Below are positions 39,047-49,131 of a stretch of DNA of 64,000 nucleotides, piece after piece. Source of the stretch: Huintestinicola sp. (lineage in GTDB: Bacteria; Bacillota; Clostridia; Oscillospirales; Ruminococcaceae). Made by a program: the position numbers and the translations under genes. The stretch covers positions 22,920 through 86,919 of the forward strand of contig NZ_JBJERV010000014.1 in NCBI RefSeq assembly GCF_051882455.1, in the 5' to 3' direction. The notes under the pieces were generated by a model. It did no database searches and had not been told where the DNA came from. It was given only the letters and a program-made list of their open reading frames with translations. Every line of letters starts with the position of its first letter. The stretch's first letter is position 1.

Positions 39047-40507
39047 ATGAGATCCAATGTTAAGCTTTTGATAATCGGTGCTGTGGTGCTTGCCGCTCTT
39101 GCAGCCGCTGTTATTCTGCTGAATGTATCGGGCGGCTCGGAAGAGCCTGAGGAAGCTGTCAGCGAGACCACCGCCGCTTCCGACCCCCTCTCAAAGCTGC
39201 TTTATGACAAGGACCCCGCTCAGATAGACAATATCCATGTTTCAAACAGCTCGGGTGAGTATGATGTTGTAAAGTACAACGACAACTCCTGGTTTGTTTC
39301 GGATTTTATCGGGCTGCCCCACAGTGCTGTCGCTGTAAATGATATCTGCTCGAGCGCTGCTACATTTACCTCTCAGCAGGTTGCAGCGGAGAATGCGGAG
39401 GATATGTCCGTCTACGGTCTTGACGCCCCCCGTGCGGAGGTCACTGTGACCTTCGGCGGCGGCTCGGATGTCAGGGAGATGCTTATCGGAAACGAGTCTC
39501 CCTCAAGCGGTCTTTGCTATGCTGCCTTCAAGGGCGAGAAAACCGTTTATGCGGTCAACAGCTCCGATGTTGACATATTCCTCAATGACAGATTTTATTT
39601 CCTTGCAAAGACTGTTTACACCCAGAAGCAGCCCGAGGACGAGGACGATACAACGGACTATGCAAAAATAACAAGCATTACCATCTCGCGCAAGGATATA
39701 GATTACGATATCGTGCTTGAATACGATGTCCGTCAGGACGATCCCGACGCGGTCTACGGCAATTCCTCAACCCACGTTATGACAAATCCCGTAAGCCTCG
39801 ACCTTAATCCCGACACAGCCTACAACGTGATAAACAGCGTTTTCAACCTTACTGCCACCGAGATCGCTGTGGCTGCTCCCACTGACGAGATAATGGAGCA
39901 GTACGGTCTTGCTGACCCCTTCGGTGAGGTAAGCTTTGATATCACCGGCGGAGATTTTTATCTGCTTATGGGCAACGAATACTTCGATGAAAACGGCAGG
40001 GCTCTTGGCAGGTACTGCTATGCAGACGGCATTGATATCATTTATATGTTCGATTACAGTATCCTTCCCTGGGCGACTGTAATGCCGCTGGATATTTCAA
40101 TGACAATGATAACAAGCACCTATATCTACTCTGTCAACACCATTGAGATAGAGACCGCCGGCAGCAGCACTCTCTTCACTCTCAGCGGCGGAATGGACGA
40201 TTTCAAGGTTGAGTGCGACGACAGTGATGTTACGGTAGATAATTTCAAGGATTTCTATCAGTATATCCTTCGCGCGCCTGCTGAGGAGCTGTATCTTGAA
40301 AACTGCTCTGAGCCTGCGGATATTACTCTTACCATCAGCCACGAGTACGGGGTTGATAAGATAGAATTTATAAATTCTGCCGACAGAAAATCCATTATCA
40401 GACTCAACGGCAGGACCAGCTTCAAGTGCAGGACTGCTTATGTAAACCGTCTTATCGAAAATGCAGAGCACCTTCTGAACGGCGAAAAAATTGTTACTAC
40501 CTGGTAA
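39047..40507 (+). CDS. DUF4340-like exported protein
   Basis: N-terminal TM; two repeats containing YGLDAP / YGLADP; follows GldG. Confidence 0.7.
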   Translation: MRSNVKLLIIGAVVLAALAAAVILLNVSGGSEEPEEAVSETTAASDPLSKLLYDKDPAQIDNIHVSNSSGEYDVVKYNDNSWFVSDFIGLPHSAVAVNDICSSAATFTSQQVAAENAEDMSVYGLDAPRAEVTVTFGGGSDVREMLIGNESPSSGLCYAAFKGEKTVYAVNSSDVDIFLNDRFYFLAKTVYTQKQPEDEDDTTDYAKITSITISRKDIDYDIVLEYDVRQDDPDAVYGNSSTHVMTNPVSLDLNPDTAYNVINSVFNLTATEIAVAAPTDEIMEQYGLADPFGEVSFDITGGDFYLLMGNEYFDENGRALGRYCYADGIDIIYMFDYSILPWATVMPLDISMTMITSTYIYSVNTIEIETAGSSTLFTLSGGMDDFKVECDDSDVTVDNFKDFYQYILRAPAEELYLENCSEPADITLTISHEYGVDKIEFINSADRKSIIRLNGRTSFKCRTAYVNRLIENAEHLLNGEKIVTTW

Positions 40508-40681
40508 GATCTGACATAATGCGCATTTGGGATATGTTATGATAATTATATTCGGTCGGCAAATTCTTTTTGGAAAAAATTATAAAAATGTTAAAAAACT
40601 ACTTGATTTTTCTGTATTTTTGTGTTATAATGTTTTAAAGAAGATTTGCAGGCTTAGACTAATTTATAAGGAGGAACAGCT

Positions 40682-40972
40682 ATGAGTGACGCAGCAGAAA
40701 CAAAAAAGACAGATTTCTTTACCTATAAGGGTTATCCGCTGGTGAGAAAAGGCGACCAGATCTATTACGGCAATATGTACGACCCCTATGTTATTATGAT
40801 GCAGATTATGGAGAAAACTAAGGTCGGCGATCTGGATGTTGCCAGCAAGGTGAAGATCTACAAAATGGCTACTGACGAGAAGCTCAATCCTGTTGAGGCT
40901 ATCATTAAGCAGAGCGAAAAGAGCAGTCTTTACGAGGCGCTTGATATCGCTTATGCATGGCTTTCAAGATAA
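40682..40972 (+). CDS. Small hypothetical protein
   Basis: AAGGAGG RBS, its own TTGATT/TATAAT promoter, a downstream terminator and host-like codons. Confidence 0.8.
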   Translation: MSDAAETKKTDFFTYKGYPLVRKGDQIYYGNMYDPYVIMMQIMEKTKVGDLDVASKVKIYKMATDEKLNPVEAIIKQSEKSSLYEALDIAYAWLSR

Positions 40973-40979
40973 AAATTTA

Positions 40980-41008
40980 AAGGCTGTCCGGGTTCGGGCA
41001 GCCTTTTT
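40980..41008. terminator. Bidirectional terminator
   Basis: AAGGCTGTCCG/CGGGCAGCCTT followed by T's. Confidence 0.75.
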
Positions 41009-41011
41009 GTA

Positions 41012-43753
41012 TTATGCCTTATCAAACCTAATGCTGTGAAGCTTCAGACCGCTTTGTGCAAAATATACTCTTATGGTGGTAAAGCGTGAGAAGCAGTTTG
41101 TGCTGCACTCAAAGGATACGGGGAGTCCTCCTGTGCCGTTGAAGGTGAATGAGCCGCAGGGCGTTCCCATACTGAATACGGTCACTGGTATCTGTGCAAG
41201 CTCGCTAAGCTCGGAGCTGCCCGTAACGGTAATGCGGTATAGTCCCAGGTCTGATACATCAAGTGCAAATATGAAGTCGGTGCCGCGGTCGGTCCGGATA
41301 TTGGTGCCGTCGATAACAAGAGTGCCGTCAAGCTTGTAGAATGTGACCTCCTCGGAGCTGTCCGAACGGTTTTCATCGGGACGGTTTATTATTTCGACCT
41401 CATCGGCAGTGCCGCAGAGCCTGTCCATAGCGTGTGTGCCGAGAAGGAATGAGCAGATGTTTGCGGCGTTTCTCTGAAGCTCAGCGCGGGTGAGGGTGCC
41501 GTTTTCAAGTGATGAGAGGGTATTGTCATTGTTGTTCCCGCCGTCTGCGCAGACCATATAAACATCGTTCTGCGCTCTTGCCATTGCAGCAAAGTCTGAT
41601 TTATCCACTGCTTTGCCGCGCTCGTTTATATTTGCCCACCAGTCGGTCATCACAAAGCCTTTGAAGCCCCATTCATCGCGGAGGATAGTGGTGCAGAGGT
41701 CATAGTTTCCCGCTGACCAGAGACCGTTTACGGCGTTATAGCTTGTCATGATCGAATCTGCACCGCCGTCGCGAACTGCTATTTCAAAGCCCTTGAGATA
41801 TATCTCCCTCAAGGCTCTTTCGGAAACGGCAGAGTCGATGTTGTGTCTGTTGGTTTCCTGATTATTTCCGCAGAAATGCTTTATGGTTCCCGTTACGCCT
41901 TCGGAGTGAAGTCCCATAAGCTCTGCGGCGGCGATGGTTCCCGAGAGGAAGGGGTCCTCGGAGAAATATTCAAAGTTTCTGCCGTTGAGGGGATGGCGGT
42001 GAATGTTCATTCCCGGTCCTAAAAGGCAGTCCACCTTATTTGCGGACATTTCACGTCCCATAAATCCGAAAAGCTCGGTGACAAGGGCTTTGTTGAATGT
42101 TGAAGCGATAAGGGTGCCGTTTGGCAGGCTGAATGCCTTGGTGCCGCAGTCAAGTCTCATTCCCGAGGGACCGTCCGAACAGCAGCCGCAGGGGATACCC
42201 TTATCTGTCAGTCCGTCAGCTACTCCGCCGAATGCGGAGGCTGTACCTGCTGTTACACGGGGACTTCCCATTCCTTCTCCTCGGATAATGCAGGACAGGT
42301 CATAGTCCGAAAGCTGGGCGATAAATTCCGAGAGACCGTTCTTGTCGCTTCTTACGTCGGCAAGCTTTATGCCCTTGTCGCCTGTATATGGGAGTTCACA
42401 GGGAAGGGAGTCTATGCGGCGTGAGGTCTCGTTGATCTCAGAAAGGGGAACGTCCTCAAAACCAATGGTGAGTTTTCCGTTTTCGGAAACGGGCTTCATT
42501 CGTTTAAAGGGCAGCACCGGTGCCATTGCCTGTTTTGCCTGCTTTACTGCTTTTGTTTCGGGAATATCAAAGGAGAGATATTCTTCACAGCTTCTTACAT
42601 CTGTTCCGCAGAAAATTTTATATTCTCCCTTTTCGAGCACATAGCAGAAACGGTGTCCCGACGCTCCCGAGTCGTCATAGGAGGCAAGGTCGGAGAAATT
42701 TACCTCAAAGGTTATTTCCTGCTCCTCGGAGGGGGCGAGGAGTCTTGTTTTTTCATATCCGCAGAGGACCTTTGAGGGCTTGCCAAGCTTGCCCTGAGGT
42801 GCTGATGCGTAAAGCTGGACTACTTCTTTGCCGCTTGTGCTTCCAATGTTTTTTACGGAAACGGTCAGTTTCGCTTTGTCAGCAGATATCTCAGATGCAA
42901 CAGGTGTAATGTCAAACTGTGTGTATGAAAGTCCGAAGCCAAAGGGGTACATTACCTTTTCGGGGGCAAAGGTCTCAAAATATCTGTAGCCAACATAAAT
43001 ATCCTCGGCATAGAAATTTCTTTCGGTATCGCCGAAATATTTATCTGAGGGATAATCTGAAACAGAGTATGCGATGGTGTCGGGGAGCTTTCCCGAGGGG
43101 GCGGTCTTTCCCGTAAGAATGTCTGCGGTTCCCAGTCCGCCTACCATTCCGCCCTGCCATATGTATAAAACAGCGTCGGGAGAGTATTTGTTTACAAAGC
43201 TCATATCGATCATGCCGCCTACATTCAGAAGGACAACAAGCTTTTTGAAGTGCTTTCTTACAGTTTCGAGCATCTGCTCCTCGCCTTCGCTGAGAAGATA
43301 GGCGCCTTTTACATTGCGGTTGTCCTGTTCTTCTCCTGCGGTCCTTCCGATTATTGCAATGGCGGTGGAGCATTTTTCGGCAATACGCGCCGCAACGCTG
43401 TCCTCCACGGGCATTTCGATCTGTGACCAGGGTTCCTGTCCCCAGCCTGCTCCTATATCAAAGGGATTTTCTTCGTCCCATTTTTTGTAAATATCAAGCA
43501 GCTCCTCGTTTACCTTAACGCCGCGCTCAATAAGTCCGTCGGTCACGCCTACTACCTTGCTCACATTTACAAGTCCGCCCGAGCCTGTGCCGCTTTTGTA
43601 ATAATGAAGCTGGATACGTCCGAATACGGCTATCTCTTCATCCCGGGGGAGGGGAAGTGCGTTATTTTCATTTCTGAGCATAACTATTCCCTCGGAGACG
43701 GTTTCCGCAGATTTTTCGATATATTTATTCCAGTCGAGTATTTTTTTGCTCAT
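41012..43753 (-). CDS. GH3 beta-glucosidase with inverted domain order
   Basis: GH3-C motifs first (GIVMLRNEN, GRTAGE, YPFGFGLSY, GKEVVQ); barrel motifs later (DGPSG, GRNFEYFSEDP, KHF, MTDW). Confidence 0.92.
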   Translation of the reverse strand: MSKKILDWNKYIEKSAETVSEGIVMLRNENNALPLPRDEEIAVFGRIQLHYYKSGTGSGGLVNVSKVVGVTDGLIERGVKVNEELLDIYKKWDEENPFDIGAGWGQEPWSQIEMPVEDSVAARIAEKCSTAIAIIGRTAGEEQDNRNVKGAYLLSEGEEQMLETVRKHFKKLVVLLNVGGMIDMSFVNKYSPDAVLYIWQGGMVGGLGTADILTGKTAPSGKLPDTIAYSVSDYPSDKYFGDTERNFYAEDIYVGYRYFETFAPEKVMYPFGFGLSYTQFDITPVASEISADKAKLTVSVKNIGSTSGKEVVQLYASAPQGKLGKPSKVLCGYEKTRLLAPSEEQEITFEVNFSDLASYDDSGASGHRFCYVLEKGEYKIFCGTDVRSCEEYLSFDIPETKAVKQAKQAMAPVLPFKRMKPVSENGKLTIGFEDVPLSEINETSRRIDSLPCELPYTGDKGIKLADVRSDKNGLSEFIAQLSDYDLSCIIRGEGMGSPRVTAGTASAFGGVADGLTDKGIPCGCCSDGPSGMRLDCGTKAFSLPNGTLIASTFNKALVTELFGFMGREMSANKVDCLLGPGMNIHRHPLNGRNFEYFSEDPFLSGTIAAAELMGLHSEGVTGTIKHFCGNNQETNRHNIDSAVSERALREIYLKGFEIAVRDGGADSIMTSYNAVNGLWSAGNYDLCTTILRDEWGFKGFVMTDWWANINERGKAVDKSDFAAMARAQNDVYMVCADGGNNNDNTLSSLENGTLTRAELQRNAANICSFLLGTHAMDRLCGTADEVEIINRPDENRSDSSEEVTFYKLDGTLVIDGTNIRTDRGTDFIFALDVSDLGLYRITVTGSSELSELAQIPVTVFSMGTPCGSFTFNGTGGLPVSFECSTNCFSRFTTIRVYFAQSGLKLHSIRFDKA

Positions 43754-43907
43754 AGTAAAATTTTCCTTTCAGAATAAAATAAATGTGACGGGTGAAAATA
43801 AGACTGTTTTTATTGTCCGAAAACAGTATATCACATAAGGGCTTTTTCGGTCAATGAATAATAAATAAAGATTGGTGAAAAAATTGTAATAAAAGGAATG
43901 GTGATAT

Positions 43908-44093
43908 ATGAATTTCGTGAATGGCAAGGATATTCCGCTGGGCTTCGGTATGGCGCTGGCGCAGAACAGCGAGGCGATGACCAGATTTGCGGCTATGTCC
44001 GAGGTGCAGCGCAGGGAGATAATTGCGGGAACTCATTCGGTCAGGTCGAAAAAAGAGATGCAGGCTTATGTGGACAGGATAGCTCATATGTGA
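43908..44093 (+). CDS. Small hypothetical protein (61 aa)
   Basis: AAAGGA/GGTGA RBS; PLGFGMALAQN...SKKEM resembles small clostridial hypotheticals I recall. Confidence 0.7.
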   Translation: MNFVNGKDIPLGFGMALAQNSEAMTRFAAMSEVQRREIIAGTHSVRSKKEMQAYVDRIAHM

Positions 44094-44152
44094 ATTGGCA
44101 TATATGTGCTGTTTATATAAAAAATTTATCAAATATTTGTTTTGTTTGGCTA

Positions 44153-44226
44153 TTGACAAATTGAAATAAATGTGCTATAATTTGAATAAAGCAAAGGAGC
44201 TGCGGCAGATGCGGCAGCTCCTTTTT
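44153..44226 (+). promoter_or_regulatory. Consensus sigma-A promoter followed immediately by a bidirectional terminator hairpin
   Basis: TTGACA, 17 bp, TATAAT with TGn; AAAGGAGCTGC/GCAGCTCCTTT stem at 44193-44224. Confidence 0.65.
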
Positions 44227-44246
44227 AAATTAATTTTGTTATGGAA

Positions 44247-45695
44247 TTATTCCATTTCGTCCATAGACTTATTGAACTCGTCAATGAGCACGGTTGCTGC
44301 GTCTGCAAGAGAGTCTCTTACAGAGGGCCAGTCAAGACCGTAGAAGGGTGCGCGTATTCCGTATTCGCCGCTGTCCAGAATGTTGTAAAGGTCGGTGGGG
44401 CAGCCTGTATGAATGGAATACATAGGATTTTCAGCGGTGAGTTCATTCACCTTATGTCTCATCTCTACCATTTCATCGGTCCAGCCGTAAACGTCCTTGA
44501 GCTTCTGATCTGCAATTGCTACTGCGTTTTCGTCATAGCTTGCTGCAATGATACATTCCATAAATCTTGCAACGCCTTCGGGATTCTGTGCGCCCTTGCA
44601 GAGCATATATGCGTCAAGTCCTGCGGGGAGGTAATATTTATCGGTATCGTCAGCCTTGGGAATGGGAACGAACATTACGTCTGCGGGGTCGCCGAAGGAA
44701 ACTGTCCAGATATCGGGTGCGCCTTCAAGAGCGTAAATTCCGCTTATGTAGAAAAGCTCCTTGCCTTCACCGATGAACTCAGGGTGAACAGACCAGTTGA
44801 ACAGGTTCTTGTCAAGAACAAGACCGTTCTGGTTGAGCTCATACATAAAATTCATCGTTTTCTCAAGGCGGGGGTCGAAGAGATTGTCAACAAGCTTGCC
44901 GTCTTTAAGCTCAACGGGTGCTATTCCGCCCGAAAGCATAAGGGGCTTTTCATTGAACCAGCCGTCAAGACCGTACTGCTCGCTGTCATTGTCTACATAG
45001 GAAAGGAGCATCTCCTTGAAGGCTGTCCAGTTCCATTCACCCTTTTCAAGAAGCTCGGCAGGGTCGTCGAAGCCCTGTGCCTCGATGGTCTGGCGGTTGT
45101 AGATAACTACCTCGCCTGCGGTTGCCTGAGTTGCCATAAGGTAATGCTTGCCCTTTAACTCGAACTGGTCGTTAAGTTCCTTTACAGAGCTCCAAAGCTC
45201 GGAGTCGAAGTCAACATACCGGTCATAGGCTTCAAACTGACCGTTGGGAACGCCCTTGGGGAAGGAGTCAAGGTCGCCGCCTGCGATAAAGTCAATGCCT
45301 GTGCCGCCGAGGATATTGGTCGAAAGGTCTGTAAATCTCTGTGCCCAGGTGGTGGGGATATATTCGATGGAGCCGCCGTATTTGGACTCGAAAAGCTCAA
45401 GGGAGAGAGATTTGGTATTGCCGGAGGTGGAGGCGTTGAAGGGGTCATAGAATGAGAACCACTTTATGTTTTTGTTCTCAAGCTCAACATCGGGGAGGAG
45501 GTCGGCAACATTATCCATTGTGCCCTGCTCCTCTTCGGAGAGAGTCTCGGTGTTGATCTCAACAGTAAGGGCGGTGGTCGTCTCCATTGTAGTCTCGGAG
45601 GTCTCTGCGGTATCAGAGCCGCCTGCACAGCCTGTAAAGGAAGCTGCGAGCGTCAATGCGGAAACTCCTGCGATAATTCGTCTGAGCTTGTTCAT
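44247..45695 (-). CDS. Orphan extracellular solute-binding lipoprotein (family 1)
   Basis: FTGC lipobox; IYNRQ...DDPAELLEKGEWNW; its own TTGACA-17-TATAAT promoter; no adjacent permeases. Confidence 0.8.
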   Translation of the reverse strand: MNKLRRIIAGVSALTLAASFTGCAGGSDTAETSETTMETTTALTVEINTETLSEEEQGTMDNVADLLPDVELENKNIKWFSFYDPFNASTSGNTKSLSLELFESKYGGSIEYIPTTWAQRFTDLSTNILGGTGIDFIAGGDLDSFPKGVPNGQFEAYDRYVDFDSELWSSVKELNDQFELKGKHYLMATQATAGEVVIYNRQTIEAQGFDDPAELLEKGEWNWTAFKEMLLSYVDNDSEQYGLDGWFNEKPLMLSGGIAPVELKDGKLVDNLFDPRLEKTMNFMYELNQNGLVLDKNLFNWSVHPEFIGEGKELFYISGIYALEGAPDIWTVSFGDPADVMFVPIPKADDTDKYYLPAGLDAYMLCKGAQNPEGVARFMECIIAASYDENAVAIADQKLKDVYGWTDEMVEMRHKVNELTAENPMYSIHTGCPTDLYNILDSGEYGIRAPFYGLDWPSVRDSLADAATVLIDEFNKSMDEME

Positions 45696-45929
45696 AGCGA
45701 TCGTCCTTTCAGAAATATTTTTTATGTTTCAGGTGATAATAATATCAGCATAGCTTTTAGTTATTATATCATAATTCGGGTGATGTGTCAACGTTTTCAG
45801 ATGTACATTTTGCTATGGGTAAATTGTTTATTTTTGACAAGAAAAATTGCTGTATTGACATTGACGGAATAACGCAGATATGGTATAATTAAATCATATT
45901 GTATCGGATAATACGAAAGGACAGTTTAA

Positions 45930-47633
45930 ATGGCGGTTTACTATATACTTATGGCGCTCATTCTCGGACTGGCATATCCTTTATGCATAAGAAAGCCGTC
46001 TCAGAAAAAGAATACGATATATGTATGCATTGTTTTCGGGTATATGTTTCTGATGTCGGTTTTCCGTTATGGCATAGGCAATGATTTTTATAATTACCGG
46101 CTCTTCTTTTACGAGCTTTGCTCAAGCAGTCTCAGCTTCCCGGAAAGATTTGCCGACAGAAGGTTTGAGATAGGATACACTGTTATTATGGAGATCGCCA
46201 GGCTCCTCGGCGGAGATTATCTGATACTGAATTTTATTATGGCACTCCTGATCCTTTTCCCTGTGGCGTTTGTGATCGTTAAATACAGCAAAATGCCTTG
46301 GCTGTCCTGCTGGCTTTATCTGACTGTGACATTTTTTTACAATTCCCTTAATTTTACGAGACAGAGCCTTGCGGCTTCCATTGTTCTGCTGAGTTATTAT
46401 TTTATCAAGGAAAAAAAGCATTGGGCGGTCATTCTTCTCGCGCTGGCAGGCTCCCTTTTTCATATGTCCGTACTGATATTTATCCCTGTTTACCTTATGT
46501 CTCTTATCAAGCCTTCGGCAAAGCTTTACGCGGCTGTCGGAGCGGCGGCGGTTCCGGTATTTGTTTTTTCCGATAAGCTGCTCCGCTTCCTCCTTACAAA
46601 GGTGGTCAGCGGTTATTCCGAGTATCTGGATACGATATTTCTTAATGTTGGCTTGTCACGGGCATTTCTGATAGTTCCTTTTCTGTTTATGGTGCTGGGC
46701 TTTGCAGCATATTTTTCGGGCTGGAAGGACAAATGCTCAGAGGCGGGAGTTTTTACTAATTTCCTGTTCTATAATTTCCTGATATGGCTCTTTATCACTA
46801 AGCATTTCATTCTGGAGCGCTTCACTCTGCCGATCTATATCTTTATTATTCTGAGCATTCCCGAGATGATGTGCCATTTTAAAGAGATAAGATTTAAGCC
46901 TGCCGTTCAGAAAGGCTCCCATTTTAAAGAACAGGTCAAGGAAGGCACTATAAAAAGCTATTTGAGCTTTGCGCTGAAAAACGGAAAGCGTTTATGGACT
47001 GTTCTGACCGGTGCCGTTCTGCTCATGACTTTTTCCTATAACGATATGTGTATAAATGAGGGGGTACACGGCGTTTTCCCTTACGAGTCGGTTTTTGATG
47101 CTGCTTCGGAATATTCAAGTGAGCAGCTTCGGACGGATTACCGCAAAATTTTCCCTGCAAAGTCCTTTCAGAAGTATCTGAGCCTGATAAATAAGGGCGA
47201 TTATACCACAGTTATCTGTGTTAACGGAGACGCGGGCAGTTCCCTCGATCTTTCCGCTAAGCTGCTTCTGAGAAAGCTCGGATTTAAAACCGATCTTAAT
47301 AAGCTGGACGGGCAGAGCTATATCGGTGTTGTCAGCGGCGGAAAGGTCGTTTTTGAAAAGACTTCCGATGATGTTATCGAGGAAAAGCTTGCGATCTGCG
47401 ATAATTCTGTCTTTATTACGGCGGTTAGCGGCGGCTTGCGGGCAGAAAAGCAGATTGGTCAGGTCTATGTGGGTGATGATGGATTTACTCCTAATCTGAA
47501 CGGACTGAATTTTGCTGTTTTTGATAACGAACTTAAAATGATCGCTGCGGCTCAGACCTATGACACAACGGGATATGATTATATCGGTACCGATACTACT
47601 GCTTTTTACGGTGAGCTGCTTATTGAGGAATAA
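45930..47633 (+). CDS. EpsG-family (Wzy-like) membrane protein with a C-terminal extracellular domain
   Basis: RYGIGNDF..Y, FEIGY, RQSLA and FHMS motifs; about 10 TM segments; promoter TTGACG (45861), 17 bp, TATAAT. Confidence 0.8.
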   Translation: MAVYYILMALILGLAYPLCIRKPSQKKNTIYVCIVFGYMFLMSVFRYGIGNDFYNYRLFFYELCSSSLSFPERFADRRFEIGYTVIMEIARLLGGDYLILNFIMALLILFPVAFVIVKYSKMPWLSCWLYLTVTFFYNSLNFTRQSLAASIVLLSYYFIKEKKHWAVILLALAGSLFHMSVLIFIPVYLMSLIKPSAKLYAAVGAAAVPVFVFSDKLLRFLLTKVVSGYSEYLDTIFLNVGLSRAFLIVPFLFMVLGFAAYFSGWKDKCSEAGVFTNFLFYNFLIWLFITKHFILERFTLPIYIFIILSIPEMMCHFKEIRFKPAVQKGSHFKEQVKEGTIKSYLSFALKNGKRLWTVLTGAVLLMTFSYNDMCINEGVHGVFPYESVFDAASEYSSEQLRTDYRKIFPAKSFQKYLSLINKGDYTTVICVNGDAGSSLDLSAKLLLRKLGFKTDLNKLDGQSYIGVVSGGKVVFEKTSDDVIEEKLAICDNSVFITAVSGGLRAEKQIGQVYVGDDGFTPNLNGLNFAVFDNELKMIAAAQTYDTTGYDYIGTDTTAFYGELLIEE

Positions 47634-47673
47634 TTTATATCGTACTATATCTTAAATTTTCGAGGTGAGAAGT

Positions 47674-49074
47674 TTGAATAAAAAAATTATGGCTGCTGCC
47701 GCCTGCGCTCTTGTTCTTGCCGGCTGCGGTCAGGACAGCGGAGAAGAAGAGAGGGAAAGCTATATTGCTGTTTATCAGGAGCTTACCGATGTCTCTGAAA
47801 CTGTTACTGAGGAGGAGACTTCTGTTCCTGTGACATTTTCGCCTCTTACCGAGGAAAATGAAGGCAGTTACCTTTCCGATGTTCTTATTATCGGGGACGG
47901 GGAGTGCGGCAAGGCGGTAAGCTGCGGGCTGCTTACCGAGGAAAATGTTATATCCGTTCCCGGAGCGGGACCCGATGATATCCTTTCTGCCGAGGTCGGC
48001 GGAAAAACGGTGAGAGAGCTGGTCAAAGCCGCCGGCAAGCCGTACATATATCTCCTGTTTACGGAGAGGGCGCTGCTTGACAGCCTTTCGGCGGAAAAAT
48101 ACGGCAGCAAGCTTTTTGAGCTCGGTGAAGAGCTTCGTGATATCTCTCCCGAAAGCATGGTCATTCCTCTGAGCGTTTTGCCCTTTTCAGATGAAAATGC
48201 TCCCGAGGGAGATATTTCCGGATACAATGAGTCTCTTCATATGTGGGTGCGCTCAAGTCCCGATGAATATTTCATTTACAAGGACGTTTCCTTTGTCTGC
48301 GGTGATAACGGAAGGCTTTTTAATGAGTTTGTTGACCCTGATGGGGGAGTTTCTCCCGAGGGTTGGAATGAGCTGCTCAGATACATTGAGACGGACAGGT
48401 TTTACAACAATATGACTGAGGACGGCGAGAGCTATGACGGGCTTTCTGCCGAAAGGGCTGAGTATTACGTTACCGAGGGGAAGGTTGCGTATCTTACCTT
48501 TGATGACGGCCCTTCAAAATACACGCCGCAGATACTTGAGATACTCAGGGAAAATGACATTAAGGCTACATTTTTCATTACGGGCTGGTGTATTGAGGGC
48601 AAGGAGAATATTTTAAGGCAGGTAGCTGACGAGGGTCACACGGTGGGGCTTCACAGCTGGTCCCACGATTATGACGGAATTTATTCATCAACGGAAAGCT
48701 GGCTTAAGGATTTTGCCAGAGTTTACCGAAAGGTTTACGCGGTCACGGGTCAGAAGCCGTGGTGCTTCCGTTTCCCCGGGGGAAGCTACAATAATTTTAA
48801 CCGTGACACTGCCGATGATATCATTGCCGAGATGGACAGGAGGGGATTTGCGTTCTATGACTGGAACGCTGCTACTGCTGATGCTTCATCTTCCGCTACA
48901 TATGACAGCTGCCTTGAGAATATCCGCGACAGCATAAATGCGGACCACGAGGTGGTTTTGATGCACGATTCTCTGGAGCTGACACCCGAATATCTGCAGG
49001 ACGTTATCGACTACATAAGGGGACAGGGCTACACCTTTGAAACGGTGGATACGGCGGACGAGGTTAAATTCTGA
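47674..49074 (+). CDS. Lipoprotein polysaccharide deacetylase (CE4/NodB) with an N-terminal SGNH-like domain
   Basis: LAGC lipobox; YLTFDDGP, HSWSH, RFPGG and LMHD; TTG start after GAGGTG. Confidence 0.88.
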   Translation: MNKKIMAAAACALVLAGCGQDSGEEERESYIAVYQELTDVSETVTEEETSVPVTFSPLTEENEGSYLSDVLIIGDGECGKAVSCGLLTEENVISVPGAGPDDILSAEVGGKTVRELVKAAGKPYIYLLFTERALLDSLSAEKYGSKLFELGEELRDISPESMVIPLSVLPFSDENAPEGDISGYNESLHMWVRSSPDEYFIYKDVSFVCGDNGRLFNEFVDPDGGVSPEGWNELLRYIETDRFYNNMTEDGESYDGLSAERAEYYVTEGKVAYLTFDDGPSKYTPQILEILRENDIKATFFITGWCIEGKENILRQVADEGHTVGLHSWSHDYDGIYSSTESWLKDFARVYRKVYAVTGQKPWCFRFPGGSYNNFNRDTADDIIAEMDRRGFAFYDWNAATADASSSATYDSCLENIRDSINADHEVVLMHDSLELTPEYLQDVIDYIRGQGYTFETVDTADEVKF

Positions 49075-49104
49075 ATATTAGAAAGATTAGAAACAGATTA
49101 AATT

Positions 49105-49131
49105 TTAGCACTCTCTATATCTGAGTGCTAA
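49105..49131. promoter_or_regulatory. CIRCE element (HrcA operator)
   Basis: Exact TTAGCACTC-N9-GAGTGCTAA. Confidence 0.85.

Noticed and set aside
41012-43753. Reversed GH3 domain order
   Set aside because: Already known for beta-glucosidases of rumen Firmicutes.
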